Virus record (IMG/VR): IMGVR_UViG_3300021960_000053
Coordinates: 1 to 64,000 of that record
Reading direction: 5' to 3' (one strand)
DNA length: 64,000 nt
Origin: an uncultured virus (IMG/VR IMGVR_UViG_3300021960_000053)
Taxonomy: Duplodnaviria > Heunggongvirae > Uroviricota > Caudoviricetes
The notes beneath the pieces were generated by a model, which searched no databases, was not told where the DNA came from, and saw only the letters and a program-made list of their open reading frames with translations. Shown here in pieces: positions 29,450 through 39,981 of the stretch; the first letter of the stretch is position 1, and the number at the start of each line of letters is the position of its first letter. Both the position numbers and the translations under genes were made by a program.

Positions 29450-29861
29450 TCACCAGACTAGTGCCTGGGACTATTGTACTCGTTATCGGTGCAGGTGTCA
29501 ACTTAAAACCGATGGATGGAAGGAACTGAACAGCAAAGATGATTGCACTGGCACTGATGGTAACCATCCAGAGCATCTTCTGGTTCTCATCTACCTTCTT
29601 CTCCAGGTCATCAAACTTCTCAGTCATTCTTTCAAACATCTTCTCATCATATTTCTGATGATCATTGATCATCTTAATGATTGCCTGGTTTGCTTTGTCA
29701 CCTTCATCCAAACGATTCTCATGTCGCTCAAGGATGATGGCAGTTTTGTTTGTATTTTCTTGAATGGAAGTTACAGCACGCTCTAACTTGTCCAGCATTT
29801 CTTTGGACAAGTCCTCATAAATTTCTAACTTCGATTCAAGAACTCCTAGTTTTGCGAACAT
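29436..29861 (-). CDS. Coiled-coil protein with C-terminal TM helix
   Basis: Heptad pattern, then MLWMVTISASAIIFAV. Confidence 0.7.
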   Translation of the reverse strand: MFAKLGVLESKLEIYEDLSKEMLDKLERAVTSIQENTNKTAIILERHENRLDEGDKANQAIIKMINDHQKYDEKMFERMTEKFDDLEKKVDENQKMLWMVTISASAIIFAVQFLPSIGFKLTPAPITSTIVPGTSLVNGPN

Positions 29862-30024
29862 GGTCTAACCAGCGTTTGCGTGAACCTTTACCCATGTAAA
29901 TGTTTCGCCCAGCAACGGGTCCTTTAGGATCAGAGTTATCAGAAAAGCCGCCAGATGCTCCAGGAGCATTAGCGACCATCATCTCTTTCAAGATGTCATA
30001 CACTTTTTGTAAGCGGCGATCCAT
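29836..30024 (-). CDS. Hypothetical protein
   Basis: Probable start MDRRLQK. Confidence 0.55.
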   Translation of the reverse strand: MDRRLQKVYDILKEMMVANAPGASGGFSDNSDPKGPVAGRNIYMGKGSRKRWLDHVRKTRSS

Positions 30025-30395
30025 CAGACTGCTCGTAACTGCTCCAGACAATATTCATCATCGATAATATTATTTAGTTCCGTGCGTGGGTAATCGGGAA
30101 CTCTACCAAGATAGGTTAGAAAACTTTTGGTACAAGACCATAGATCTCTATCTAATTTAAAAAAGAGCAACGGAACTCCAGCGTCCCCAAATACATTAAA
30201 AAGGACTATGAAGTGATTAAGAATCAGATGAGTTCTTAACTCTCCGCTATTCTTATATCTCTTCAGTAGCCTTTTAATGTATTTGATTCTTTTAAGATCA
30301 TCATAAAAATCTTCCTCAGTTACTGCCTGAGGATTTTCATAATTCTTAATAGCAAATAAGAGATAGTTACTATCGTTCAATTCATCGAATTTCAT
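30024..30395 (-). CDS. Conserved T4-like phage hypothetical protein
   Basis: FYDDLKRIKYIKRLL...LILNH..VLFNVFG. Confidence 0.8.
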   Translation of the reverse strand: MKFDELNDSNYLLFAIKNYENPQAVTEEDFYDDLKRIKYIKRLLKRYKNSGELRTHLILNHFIVLFNVFGDAGVPLLFFKLDRDLWSCTKSFLTYLGRVPDYPRTELNNIIDDEYCLEQLRAV

Positions 30396-30403
30396 TCACT
30401 TTA

Positions 30404-30946
30404 TCATACATCAGTAGGATAAACGATGCTGCCAGCACCAGTGCTAATGCCACCGCTGCCAGTAGAATCGGCACCCATGGCAACCAGAGTTTCTGTCTTA
30501 ACTCTATAATTTCCGTGGCAATCGATATAGGTTTGAACACCTACCCATCCATAATGAGTAACAGAACCACTGTGACCCATTGCAACGGCAGAAGTAGAAA
30601 TGCCATAGACAATTTTGTCTTCGACACCGTAGGTATTCTCACTGAAAGTGGAATCTCCTACAGTATATACAGGCAGTTCACTGACATAGAAGTCAGTAGC
30701 GGCGATAGCAGCACCAGAGAGACCAGCAGTACTAGCAATGCTCAGAACTCTTTCACTGGTAATACCAGAGATAACTGCATCTCCATAGTATGTGCCGACA
30801 CCATCACGAATGCCGAAGCGGATTACTTGACCAACTTCCAGATCAGTAGCGAAAGAAGTACCAGCACCTGTGACCGTACCAGTAGCATAATCCAGGCTAA
30901 CTGTGCCAGTGGAAGTTACATTGTCGTTATTGCCCCAGAGAGCCAT
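30404..30946 (-). CDS. Probable virion structural protein
   Basis: MALWG start, Gly/Thr/Ser-rich, HYGWV..RVKTETLVAM; late promoter 30981-30988. Confidence 0.65.
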   Translation of the reverse strand: MALWGNNDNVTSTGTVSLDYATGTVTGAGTSFATDLEVGQVIRFGIRDGVGTYYGDAVISGITSERVLSIASTAGLSGAAIAATDFYVSELPVYTVGDSTFSENTYGVEDKIVYGISTSAVAMGHSGSVTHYGWVGVQTYIDCHGNYRVKTETLVAMGADSTGSGGISTGAGSIVYPTDV

Positions 30947-30990
30947 GTTTTTGCACCCAATGTACGATTTTTCTTAGAATTATTTATAAG

Positions 30991-31194
30991 TCAAGCATCC
31001 TCGCGGGTTTTAATCGCTGCCTTAACTTTTTCAAACAGTTCGTCGTCAGCAGTAGTCTTAGTCAGTTTAACTGCTTTACCGACAATAAGGAGACACAGAT
31101 CGATGAGTTTTTCACCCAGTTCTGCATCGTCGGGGATCTTAGCGATAGCGGCATCAACTACTTTGTATGCCAGGGGAAGTAAAAAAGAGACCAT
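30991..31194 (-). CDS. Hypothetical protein
   Basis: 67-aa helical ORF. Confidence 0.7.
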   Translation of the reverse strand: MVSFLLPLAYKVVDAAIAKIPDDAELGEKLIDLCLLIVGKAVKLTKTTADDELFEKVKAAIKTREDA

Positions 31195-31227
31195 GATTTT
31201 TACCTATATGGTATACCCTATATAGGC

Positions 31228-32559
31228 TCAATCTCTTGCAGAATCGTATTTCTCCCTTGCCTTAGATTCTTTCTTCTCTTTAGAAGTGAATCCATGCTTA
31301 CGAACACGCTCGTTATGCTTCTTAATGCGATCTTGAGTCAGTTCACCTTCAGTCTGCTTGCGACCTCTTTCCTTTTTCTCCTGACGAGAACCAGGATACT
31401 CCTTACGGAACTTGTCGGTGATCCCTTTAGCACGACCTTCCCTTTCTAACTCAGCAACTTTCTTACCCTTCTCTTCAACTTCGGGTTTGCGAGCACCTTC
31501 TGCGATAGCAGCGATCTCTTCCTTTACAGATTTTTGCAACTCTTCTTTTTTCTTTAAATTTTCTTTTTCTTGATTTGCTGCTGCCATTTTGGAAAGACCA
31601 CCAATAGCACTGCCTACACCTCCAACAGCTTGAAGTGGAGCAGTAGCTGCACTAAGGGCACCACTGACGAGACCTGAAGCAGCACCTTTAGCAACACCTC
31701 CAACAATTGCACGGCCTACGCCTTTTTGAAGTAGAGCACCACCAACAGCTCTTGCTAATAGTGCAGGAGCAATCTCATTAATCTCAGTTTCTTCTTTGAC
31801 TTTTTTCTTTTCTGGAAGACCATCGTGCTTAGTAGATGCAAAATCTTTTACATCTTTCTTCTTCATGCTGGCAGCAACTTTGGCAACCTCAGGCGATGCC
31901 GCTCCCTCACCTTTCTGAGCAGCTCTGACCATACCCATGAAACGCTGCTGCTTTCTAGAGACTGCTTTCTCACTTAAAGTCTCCTCTTTCATCTTAACTA
32001 CTTTTCCACCCAACTTCTTCTTATCAATCATTCCCTGCAGAAGTTGATCTGGAGTTTGATTGGTCTTGGATGCATCAATCTGTTCTTTCTGGCAATTAGG
32101 AACTTCTTTACCACCCTTCTTCTTAGTTCCTCTGGCAACATATCCATCCCAGCACTTACCAGCACCGACATTCTTCCGTGCTTGCTTGAGACCCTCTTGA
32201 ATATCAGGATTGATTTTAATGATATTCTTTACGGGTTTCTCTTCGATTGTTATTTCTTTCTCGTCAGAGGTCGTCGCCTTGTCGGCGGGATACAACTTTT
32301 TTTCGTTTAAACCCTCAACCTTTTGACGGAGAGACATTTCCAATTCTTCTTTCTTAACACGCTTTGCTTTCTCAGCAGCGATAGCAGCACCAACTGCCTG
32401 ACGACGCTTTCTCAGGTAGGAATCGGACTTATCAGAGTCACCATCATTATCAATATCAGAGTCTTCCTTACCAACAGGGTCCAACTTTTCAGACATAAAA
32501 ACATTGGCCATGCTATTAAGCATGATTTGCTCTGCGCTATCTTCAATAAAGTTTTTCAT
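31228..32559 (-). CDS. Charged late protein, probable internal head protein
   Basis: TATAAATA at 32591-32598; modular segments ending in E (KEE, LSE, INE). Confidence 0.6.
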   Translation of the reverse strand: MKNFIEDSAEQIMLNSMANVFMSEKLDPVGKEDSDIDNDGDSDKSDSYLRKRRQAVGAAIAAEKAKRVKKEELEMSLRQKVEGLNEKKLYPADKATTSDEKEITIEEKPVKNIIKINPDIQEGLKQARKNVGAGKCWDGYVARGTKKKGGKEVPNCQKEQIDASKTNQTPDQLLQGMIDKKKLGGKVVKMKEETLSEKAVSRKQQRFMGMVRAAQKGEGAASPEVAKVAASMKKKDVKDFASTKHDGLPEKKKVKEETEINEIAPALLARAVGGALLQKGVGRAIVGGVAKGAASGLVSGALSAATAPLQAVGGVGSAIGGLSKMAAANQEKENLKKKEELQKSVKEEIAAIAEGARKPEVEEKGKKVAELEREGRAKGITDKFRKEYPGSRQEKKERGRKQTEGELTQDRIKKHNERVRKHGFTSKEKKESKAREKYDSARD

Positions 32560-32582
32560 CGAACCTAAAAGCTTTGCGTCTG

Positions 32583-33782
32583 CTATCTTTTATTTATAAA
32601 TGACTTTACCTTCTCCAGGGGAGTAAGGGTCTGTACATATTCTCTGTAAGAATCTGTTCCGATTTCGCGTTTGGAAGCAGGAACTCCAGAGGGAATACGA
32701 GAAACATACTCAGTCAAGTCTCTAATCCAAGACTTGAACATGATGCCTTCCTTAGTTACTGCAATAACATGATTAGCGCCACGGCGAATGACTCTACCAA
32801 TCAATCCAGTATTAAGAGATTCTACAAGTGAACCCATACCAAAAATATCGCCAGAGAGATAGTGCTCTCTAAGAGTTCTGGAATCATACTTAGGTGCAAT
32901 TTGCCACATCTCAACGCCTTCAGTTTTTGCTGCAGCACCCATAGATCTTTGAACTGTATTAAACAGTTCTCTAGCAACTACACCCTTAGCAGCTTTAGGA
33001 AGTCCCTTTCTAAATGATTCAAAGTCTCCGTCTGCTGCTAGTGCTCGTAATTTCGAAGCAGACATGCCCTCGACCCCTTCAGCATCGGGGTCCCGTTCTC
33101 CAGCAGAGATGACATTAATCGCATCAAAATTATAGAGTTGCCCGTTGTATTTGTTTGCGAGGTTCTCAAACTCTTTTTGTCTGTCAGCACCAACCACGAT
33201 GTTGACACTGGCATATCCTTCGGTGTCTGCATGTTTCAAAGCATCAAAAATAGTACGAACAGAAGGATCGTATACGATCGCGTTCGAATGATCAGGGAAC
33301 ATCTTCTTCATGAAGAGAACCTTTGTCTCTGCATCAAGAGGGTTCTTTTGAGGATCTACAGAGTGAGAAGGATATACAACATACTGCTCACCCGCAGCAG
33401 TCTTCTTAATTGTATCTAAAAGTTTTTCATGACCAGATGTAGGAGGATTGAATCTACCAAATCCGATGGTGAGAGTTCCTCTGGTCTTTTCTACTTCCTC
33501 AACCTCTCCCTCTTCGGGTTGCATTCCACCCTGTCCAGGAGCAGGCGGGGGTGGTTCTTGAGGGGGAAGTCCTCTAGCAGCGGGTCCAGGTCTTGTAGGA
33601 TCACTCTCTTGTGCGGGCTTTCTACCGCTAGTGAATACTAATTCACCTTCTACAGTTCTACCTACAATTCTATTCTGAGCATCCAACCACGATCCATGAC
33701 CATCGCCCTTCAAACCAAGCTTCTTTGCTTGCTTTGCAGCGTTAGTCTGTGCCTCGTTTAAAAACTGGAAGAAACTCTTCAT
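32583..33782 (-). CDS. Cytidylyltransferase-like (HxGH) protein
   Basis: FGRFNPPTSGH, KNPL, VVGADR, MSASKLR. Confidence 0.85.
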   Translation of the reverse strand: MKSFFQFLNEAQTNAAKQAKKLGLKGDGHGSWLDAQNRIVGRTVEGELVFTSGRKPAQESDPTRPGPAARGLPPQEPPPPAPGQGGMQPEEGEVEEVEKTRGTLTIGFGRFNPPTSGHEKLLDTIKKTAAGEQYVVYPSHSVDPQKNPLDAETKVLFMKKMFPDHSNAIVYDPSVRTIFDALKHADTEGYASVNIVVGADRQKEFENLANKYNGQLYNFDAINVISAGERDPDAEGVEGMSASKLRALAADGDFESFRKGLPKAAKGVVARELFNTVQRSMGAAAKTEGVEMWQIAPKYDSRTLREHYLSGDIFGMGSLVESLNTGLIGRVIRRGANHVIAVTKEGIMFKSWIRDLTEYVSRIPSGVPASKREIGTDSYREYVQTLTPLEKVKSFINKR

Positions 33783-33787
33783 GATTA

Positions 33788-34393
33788 TTATGCAAATACC
33801 CGCCGTGTATTCTCCGCAACTCTATTTATATTAAAGGATACAGTCATACGAAGATGTTTGCTATCATTCTTTTTAACAAAGTGTTTTAGATTAGATGGAA
33901 ATATGAGTATATCCCCTTCTTCTACAGGGATATCTGCATGTTCTAGAACATGGGGATTGAGTCTCTCATCCATAAACTCACCATCAAACATGAAAGAATT
34001 TATTTGTTCTAGAGGATTGCAAAATGTTGTACCTTCATGCTCATAAGGATTAAACAACACATAATGAATTGCAGAATAGAATCCAGGTAAATGAGTGTGA
34101 GGTTCTTGATAATGAGATCGATCATAAGTGTTCATCCAAATCTCATGAATGTATGGTCTATGAGTCAATCCAATATCATTCTTCCATTGCTGAAGAATGT
34201 CAATATAATTATCACTAATCTCTTGAGGAAATGCTCCTTGAAATTCTGTCCTCACATTGCAAAACCATCCATCTGGAGTTCCATTAACAGAGAAGTCTTT
34301 GTAAGAGTTGTACCTCTCTAACATGAACTTCTTTATTTCTGTGGGATCAAGATGATACTTATATACTCGCTGAGGAAACAAATCAATGTGCAT
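33788..34393 (-). CDS. 2OG-Fe(II) oxygenase (HxH type)
   Basis: EPHTH, EGDILIFPSNLKHFV, RMTVSFN. Confidence 0.85.
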   Translation of the reverse strand: MHIDLFPQRVYKYHLDPTEIKKFMLERYNSYKDFSVNGTPDGWFCNVRTEFQGAFPQEISDNYIDILQQWKNDIGLTHRPYIHEIWMNTYDRSHYQEPHTHLPGFYSAIHYVLFNPYEHEGTTFCNPLEQINSFMFDGEFMDERLNPHVLEHADIPVEEGDILIFPSNLKHFVKKNDSKHLRMTVSFNINRVAENTRRVFA

Positions 34394-34394
34394 T

Positions 34395-35726
34395 TCATTC
34401 TAATTTGATATACGGAGCAGAGTAACTTGCCTGAGAACTAGCATACAAATAAAGATCTTGCACTACTTGATCTTGTATTTGCTTTGGTGCCTTCTTCATG
34501 GTTAACAGCAAATTCATGACGAGGTACTTTGAGTATCTGTACTTATCAGAATTTCCTTGTATTGTTTTGGCAGCGGCACCCACTTGTGCTGGACTAATTA
34601 TACCATAGTCTGCCATCATTTGCGCTATGTTGGCGCAATGTTTTTCCGTGTTTGATTTTGCCAAAGCAGCAGACTCTGACGATGCAGGAATCTGCGGTAG
34701 TCCATGTCTCTTGAGAATAAAATTGATTGGACCCAAAGAAACCTTACCCTGGTTAGCAGACGCACCCTTAATCTCTCCCTGCCATCCAGTCAGTGATGCT
34801 TCTCCACCAAAACTTCTAAACTGGATCTTCTCTGTTGTTCCAGCACCCCACTGAATATAACCATCCATAGCATCCATATTAGTGGTAGTTCCTCTAAAAG
34901 ATGCAGTTACTGCCTTCTTATCCGTAGGGAAATTTTTCTTACTAATGATTCCTCTACTGCTAGTAATCTTTTTAAGAGAGACTCCAATCAGTTGATTAGA
35001 TTGAACATACTCGAACATCTTTTCATTCAATCCCTTTAGAGTTCTTTCTGCTTGTAACTCTCCAGGATTAAAACCTGCACCAACCATGTAGATGTCAGCA
35101 GGACTCCACTTGTTTAGGTTACCAAAAGCAGACTCTTCTCTATTGATTGCCGTAAATGTTTTTTCGATAGCATTAACAACAGGAGATCCTCTGTGAAAAG
35201 TGAACCTACCAGAATTTCCATACATTTTAAACAGAGCATTTGCACCAGCAATAGATGAGTTAATCCAATCATCTGGCAATGCATTTACCATGTTATCGAA
35301 TTTTTCATCAGTGATTGCAGTTGCTGCTGCTCTTACAAAATTATCCTTAGTAACATCCTTGATCGTCATCTCACGACGAAGAACATTAAAAACTACAGCA
35401 GCATAAAGTGCCTGAGATGATTCGGCAAGTTTAGTTAATGCAGCACCAGCGCCAGATCCTCCACCACCACCTTTCTTGTAGATGAGTTTGATGAGACCTT
35501 TTTGAAGTGCAATCTTAGTTACAGGAAAAGAGGACTCACTCTTGTCAATTTCATTGACAAAAGGAACCCTCAATCTAATTAATTCTTTAGATATTTTATC
35601 CTGGGTCTCTGCTCTTTGTGCAGAGATGATTCTAATTTTATCTACCTTAGGTCCAGATTTGACGACTTTAGTCTGCACTCCTTTAAGAGCAGCATTCAAT
35701 GCCAATAATACTTCTCCGTCAGACAT
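34395..35726 (-). CDS. Hypothetical protein, possible PD-(D/E)XK-like nuclease fold
   Basis: AE...WSPADIY...GVSLKK pattern. Confidence 0.45.
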   Translation of the reverse strand: MSDGEVLLALNAALKGVQTKVVKSGPKVDKIRIISAQRAETQDKISKELIRLRVPFVNEIDKSESSFPVTKIALQKGLIKLIYKKGGGGGSGAGAALTKLAESSQALYAAVVFNVLRREMTIKDVTKDNFVRAAATAITDEKFDNMVNALPDDWINSSIAGANALFKMYGNSGRFTFHRGSPVVNAIEKTFTAINREESAFGNLNKWSPADIYMVGAGFNPGELQAERTLKGLNEKMFEYVQSNQLIGVSLKKITSSRGIISKKNFPTDKKAVTASFRGTTTNMDAMDGYIQWGAGTTEKIQFRSFGGEASLTGWQGEIKGASANQGKVSLGPINFILKRHGLPQIPASSESAALAKSNTEKHCANIAQMMADYGIISPAQVGAAAKTIQGNSDKYRYSKYLVMNLLLTMKKAPKQIQDQVVQDLYLYASSQASYSAPYIKLE

Positions 35727-35727
35727 T

Positions 35728-35934
35728 TTATTCTATCTGGTCGTCAAGACTATTTAGATAGTCTTTCTCAGTTTGATAGGGTTGTTTTTTGCCAGACCAG
35801 ATTTCATAACCCTCTACAAGGTCTGGAATTAACCACTGGTCCACCCGATAACAATACTTCCAGTTGGCAGGTTGAATACAATTCATCACGACAACTTGAA
35901 AGAATGCTACTAGGTGGATCCAGAAACTATACAT
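35728..35934 (-). CDS. Hypothetical protein
   Basis: 68-aa ORF. Confidence 0.65.
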   Translation of the reverse strand: MYSFWIHLVAFFQVVVMNCIQPANWKYCYRVDQWLIPDLVEGYEIWSGKKQPYQTEKDYLNSLDDQIE

Positions 35935-36104
35935 CAGTCTTTCATTGCTTCGTCAAGAGCAGCATCGATCTTACCAATCACTTCACGAATTTGAACAATG
36001 CGAGGAGGAACACACTTTTCATCATAAGTATATCCTTCTTGAGTATTGACAAGGGACTGCATTACATAAACGGCAGTCTGGGGATCGAGTTCAAGGTTAA
36101 TCAT
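35934..36104 (-). CDS. Hypothetical protein, 56 aa (MINLELDPQTAVYV...)
   Basis: Manual ORF; overlaps stop/start of both neighbours by one base. Confidence 0.7.
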   Translation of the reverse strand: MINLELDPQTAVYVMQSLVNTQEGYTYDEKCVPPRIVQIREVIGKIDAALDEAMKD

Positions 36105-36748
36105 CAAAGGTCACCTGCTTTACGGTTTTCAGAATAATATGCATCGAAGGTTCCTTCTGGATAACGAGCAGCAAGTTTGCTGATGTTACGATCCAGAACT
36201 TCTTCCAGAGAGATGTCCAGTGCCATACATGCCTGAGCGACATACCACATGACATCACCGAGTTCGATCTTCAGGTGCTCGATGTTATCAGCGTTCCAGG
36301 GTTTGCCTTGGAAGGTGATCTTCTTAACGATCTCCATGAACTCGCCACCTTCAGCAGCGATACCAACAGCAGCAGTCAGGAGACGCTGGATGTCACAACC
36401 TTCTGCTTGCAGAGATGCAACACGAGCAATGAACTGAGCATTGTCCTTAGAAGGAGCACTGGTAACCTGATCGACAAACTCAATATATTTGGAGAGATTG
36501 GCAATCTCACGCCTGCTTTGAGTAACAACTACTTGCATACTTTCAACAGCACGAGCTTGCTGTTCAGCAGCAGGAGCACCTTGAGGACCAGTAGGATTGA
36601 CAGGGTTATCTTGCCACTGTTCAGTGCCAGGATCTCCAGGTTCCATCTCCCAGAACTCCTTAGCACGGGGACGGGAAGGAGCAGGAGGTTGCTGAGGACG
36701 CTGAGGTTCAGGAATATTGTCAGCGATTGCAGAGGAATAAGTAGGCAT
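36104..36748 (-). CDS. mazG: MazG-type pyrophosphohydrolase with long N-terminal extension
   Basis: AEGGEFMEIVKK, ELGDVMWY, N..KL..RYP. Confidence 0.92.
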   Translation of the reverse strand: MPTYSSAIADNIPEPQRPQQPPAPSRPRAKEFWEMEPGDPGTEQWQDNPVNPTGPQGAPAAEQQARAVESMQVVVTQSRREIANLSKYIEFVDQVTSAPSKDNAQFIARVASLQAEGCDIQRLLTAAVGIAAEGGEFMEIVKKITFQGKPWNADNIEHLKIELGDVMWYVAQACMALDISLEEVLDRNISKLAARYPEGTFDAYYSENRKAGDL

Positions 36749-36753
36749 AATAA

Positions 36754-37623
36754 TTATTCAAATTGAGTTTGTTTTGGATGATAATTGAATAGAGTGTCAA
36801 GTCTGAAGTGTTCCCAACTATAGGAAACCGTATCTATGTATTTGTCTTCAAAGTCAAAATCTTCAGGAGACAAAGAGAAAAAAATAGACAAGACTAACCT
36901 CTGACTATCAGAGAACCAACTAGGTTCAATGAATGGATTATGGAGGTTCATAGTTGGGTAAACTACTAGACTATTATACCCTATCGTGACAGAAGTTTCA
37001 AATGAAAAATCTTCATAGTTTTTAATCTGAAACCACGAATCTACAGTTTGAAATTCGTGACGATCATAAAAGTTTTGCAAACTATTTTTATCTTTACGGT
37101 CAAAATCTAAAGCATTAGTTTTACCGCGCCATGACCAAAATCCTGTAGTAACTGGATCAACACTCTTGGAGAAATTTATGTTTGTGACGAAACACGGAAT
37201 ATCATCCAGTGTATCTAAAAGAGGAGTATCGATATGAGGATAACAACATAGACTTCCAGTAGAATCTAATGTCATATTTCCGCTTGTGCATTGGGTATAT
37301 AAATCCCAAACACTTAATTTAGAAACACCGAATAATGGTTTAAGTCTCTGCTCTAACTGCTGCGCAATTATTGGACGCAACATGTCAGGGAATCTATGAG
37401 TAAGACCAGGACGAACATTATCACTATCAATAAAGTATCTTGTTTCCCAGTAGTCAAGATTCTCAAAGAACTCAGATACTAGATCTGGATTCTTATAAAC
37501 ATCATTTGCTACAAGAACAGGAACTTTATCATTTAAGAGACGAAATTCGAACTCAAGGTTGTTAACCGCAGAGATTTTATTCCAAATTTCTGTTGCTGAT
37601 CTAATCAAACTTAAATCCCTCAA
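36754..37623 (-). CDS. 2OG-Fe(II) oxygenase-like protein
   Basis: DVYKNPD, PHID, TGFW, YNSLVVYP..LH, RL. Confidence 0.65.
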   Translation of the reverse strand: MRDLSLIRSATEIWNKISAVNNLEFEFRLLNDKVPVLVANDVYKNPDLVSEFFENLDYWETRYFIDSDNVRPGLTHRFPDMLRPIIAQQLEQRLKPLFGVSKLSVWDLYTQCTSGNMTLDSTGSLCCYPHIDTPLLDTLDDIPCFVTNINFSKSVDPVTTGFWSWRGKTNALDFDRKDKNSLQNFYDRHEFQTVDSWFQIKNYEDFSFETSVTIGYNSLVVYPTMNLHNPFIEPSWFSDSQRLVLSIFFSLSPEDFDFEDKYIDTVSYSWEHFRLDTLFNYHPKQTQFE

Positions 37624-38977
37624 ACTTGTTTTCCTTTACAAAGTTCTCTGCATCATTTTCGTCACCACGATCATGGAGACTCCCACCTTCAGACTGATCA
37701 CAGTCATAAAGTCTCATCTTTGCCCTGTCAATACCTACAACAAACCGCTTGTTTACTGTTGGATCGTTATACCTATTCTTCAACTGCTTCACCATAATTT
37801 GCCCGAGTCCTTCAAGATCTTCAGATGAAATAAGGGCAAACATAAGATCAGCAGTAGCAGGGAGGCCAAAGGACTCGCTAGTGTCAGTAATGTCAACATC
37901 ACTGCTGCTATAACCAGAACGAGTGGTCTGGGTGGCAGATACGATAGGGACCTCTGCTTCGACAGCAAGCCCTCTAAGCTCTTCAGCAATTGCCTTGATA
38001 TAGCTATATGAATTAACACCAATCGCACCGCGATAGCGTGAGGAAGAGCATATATTAAGGTAATCGATGAAAATAATATCAGGACGAAAAGACTTCTTAA
38101 GTGCCAGATCGTTGAGCAGAGATTTAAAGTGTCCCGCATGGGCAGATGCTGTCGGGTACTCTTTAATTATAAGAGTTCCCTGAGTCTTCTTAGCAAGGTT
38201 ATTGACTTTTGTTTCGAACATCTGACGAGGAAGATCGACTAGATCTCTGATGTTAACATTAAGCAGATTAGCGTCGATTCTTTCTGCAATTTTCTCTTCA
38301 GCCATTTCAAGCGTGATGTATAGGACATTTTTGCCCTGTAGTAACACCGAGCTTGCGACATGACACATAAACAGAGATTTACCAACCCCCGTGCCAGCAA
38401 GAGCAATATTAAGTGTTTTGTTAGGGAGCCCGCCTTTCGTAATCTTGTTAAAGTATTCGAGGTCGAACGGGATCTTAGATTCTTGTTTATGATAGGATTC
38501 GTAGCGTTGCTCATAGTCTTCAAGATAATCATGTCCGATGTGATTATCAAACGAGACTGCAAGGGCATCCGACAGAATACTAGGGATAGCATCCCTAGTT
38601 TTCTTAGAATCTTTGCCGTCTGCAATTTGAATGGATTCCATGAGTGCCAAATAGATGGCACGATCACGGCACCATTTCTCAGTGGCATCGAGCAACCACT
38701 GAGAATGAGTCTCCGATTCACGGAGAACTTCAACTAACCCTAGAGCGTCTTTGAACTCTTGTTCAGATAGGTCTCCCCTGTTCTGAATCTCAATGCTAAG
38801 AATTTCTGGTGTCAGAATTTTGTCATACTCCTGGGCAAAGGAGGTGACTTCTTCAAAGATAACTTTTTCAGTACGCTCCTGAAAATATTCAGGATTAATA
38901 AAGGGAAGAACTTTCCTTAGAAACTCTTCATCATGAATGAGATTTCTAAGGATAGTGAGTTCAATACGATCATTCAT
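37601..38977 (-). CDS. gp41: Replicative helicase (T4 gp41)
   Basis: AGTGVGKS, LEM, IDYL, SATQTTR, KNRY. Confidence 0.97.
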   Translation of the reverse strand: MNDRIELTILRNLIHDEEFLRKVLPFINPEYFQERTEKVIFEEVTSFAQEYDKILTPEILSIEIQNRGDLSEQEFKDALGLVEVLRESETHSQWLLDATEKWCRDRAIYLALMESIQIADGKDSKKTRDAIPSILSDALAVSFDNHIGHDYLEDYEQRYESYHKQESKIPFDLEYFNKITKGGLPNKTLNIALAGTGVGKSLFMCHVASSVLLQGKNVLYITLEMAEEKIAERIDANLLNVNIRDLVDLPRQMFETKVNNLAKKTQGTLIIKEYPTASAHAGHFKSLLNDLALKKSFRPDIIFIDYLNICSSSRYRGAIGVNSYSYIKAIAEELRGLAVEAEVPIVSATQTTRSGYSSSDVDITDTSESFGLPATADLMFALISSEDLEGLGQIMVKQLKNRYNDPTVNKRFVVGIDRAKMRLYDCDQSEGGSLHDRGDENDAENFVKENKFEGFKFD

Positions 38978-39981
38978 TAGGCACCATAACTAAATTCGTT
39001 CTTAGCAATCTCATCGAGTTGCTGCATCACTTCTTCAGTGAAATATACTTCTGGTTCTTTAAGGATTTGCTTTGCATAAAGCTTTTTGCCGTCGATCTCA
39101 TACCGACCTGCGACATTTTTCCAGAGACCGCCCAGTTCACCGAGTTCAAGAAGACCATAATATCTATCAAGACCACGCTCATCGTAATAAAGACGAACTT
39201 CCACATCTTTGTTTTCCTTACTTAAACGAGATTTAGCAGTCTTTGCTTTGATAATGTTTCCAACAACCTCGGTTCCATCTTTCTCTTTTTTCTTTGAGAG
39301 ATAGATGATAGTAGAAGCAGCATATTTAAGACCAGAACCACCGCCCATTTCCTTTGTAGGAACATAGGCACCAATGACATCGTAGGTATGATTAGTAACG
39401 ATCATCGGGATATTTGCTTGACCCAGTTTAAGGGTAAGCATACGGAATGCACCTTTGACAAGTTGAGATTTAGTCATGTCCCGAACTTGTTTATCGTTCA
39501 GAGCATCAGTAATCTCTTTATCAGTAGAGAGCATACCAAGAGAGTCTAGCACAAAAATACAAGGTTTACGCTCATCTACAGATTTTTTTAAGTAAATGTC
39601 TACTGCTTTCAGTGCCTTACTACGAAACTCTTCGATGGTAACAACATTGACAACTACCAAACGCTTGGTGTCAATACCACGAGATTCAATCAGTGATTTA
39701 GTGATAGCTGCCTCAGTATCAAAGTAGAGACAATAACCATCGGGGTTAGAATCAAGAAAATTCTTAACCATAGCGAGAGAAAAGAAAGTCTTTCCAGTAC
39801 TAGACTCTCCAGCAATAGCAGTAATCTTATTGCCAGATACACCACCAAATACACTACCTGACACCAGTGCGTTAAAAATGTACGAACCAGTGTCAACATA
39901 ACTTTCAGATTCTTCAATGTCTGCTGCGAGTTTGGTGTAGTCATCACCAATCTCTTTTACAATATCTTTAAGAAAGTCCAT
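38977..39981 (-). CDS. uvsX: RecA-like recombinase
   Basis: [24 protein letters not shown]. Confidence 0.95.
   Translation of the reverse strand: MDFLKDIVKEIGDDYTKLAADIEESESYVDTGSYIFNALVSGSVFGGVSGNKITAIAGESSTGKTFFSLAMVKNFLDSNPDGYCLYFDTEAAITKSLIESRGIDTKRLVVVNVVTIEEFRSKALKAVDIYLKKSVDERKPCIFVLDSLGMLSTDKEITDALNDKQVRDMTKSQLVKGAFRMLTLKLGQANIPMIVTNHTYDVIGAYVPTKEMGGGSGLKYAASTIIYLSKKKEKDGTEVVGNIIKAKTAKSRLSKENKDVEVRLYYDERGLDRYYGLLELGELGGLWKNVAGRYEIDGKKLYAKQILKEPEVYFTEEVMQQLDEIAKNEFSYGA

Noticed and set aside
36754..36780. Duplicated host-gene ends at other inserts (after gp41, nrdB, gp45, gp62)
   Set aside because: Checked by eye; no convincing repeats like those at gp44.
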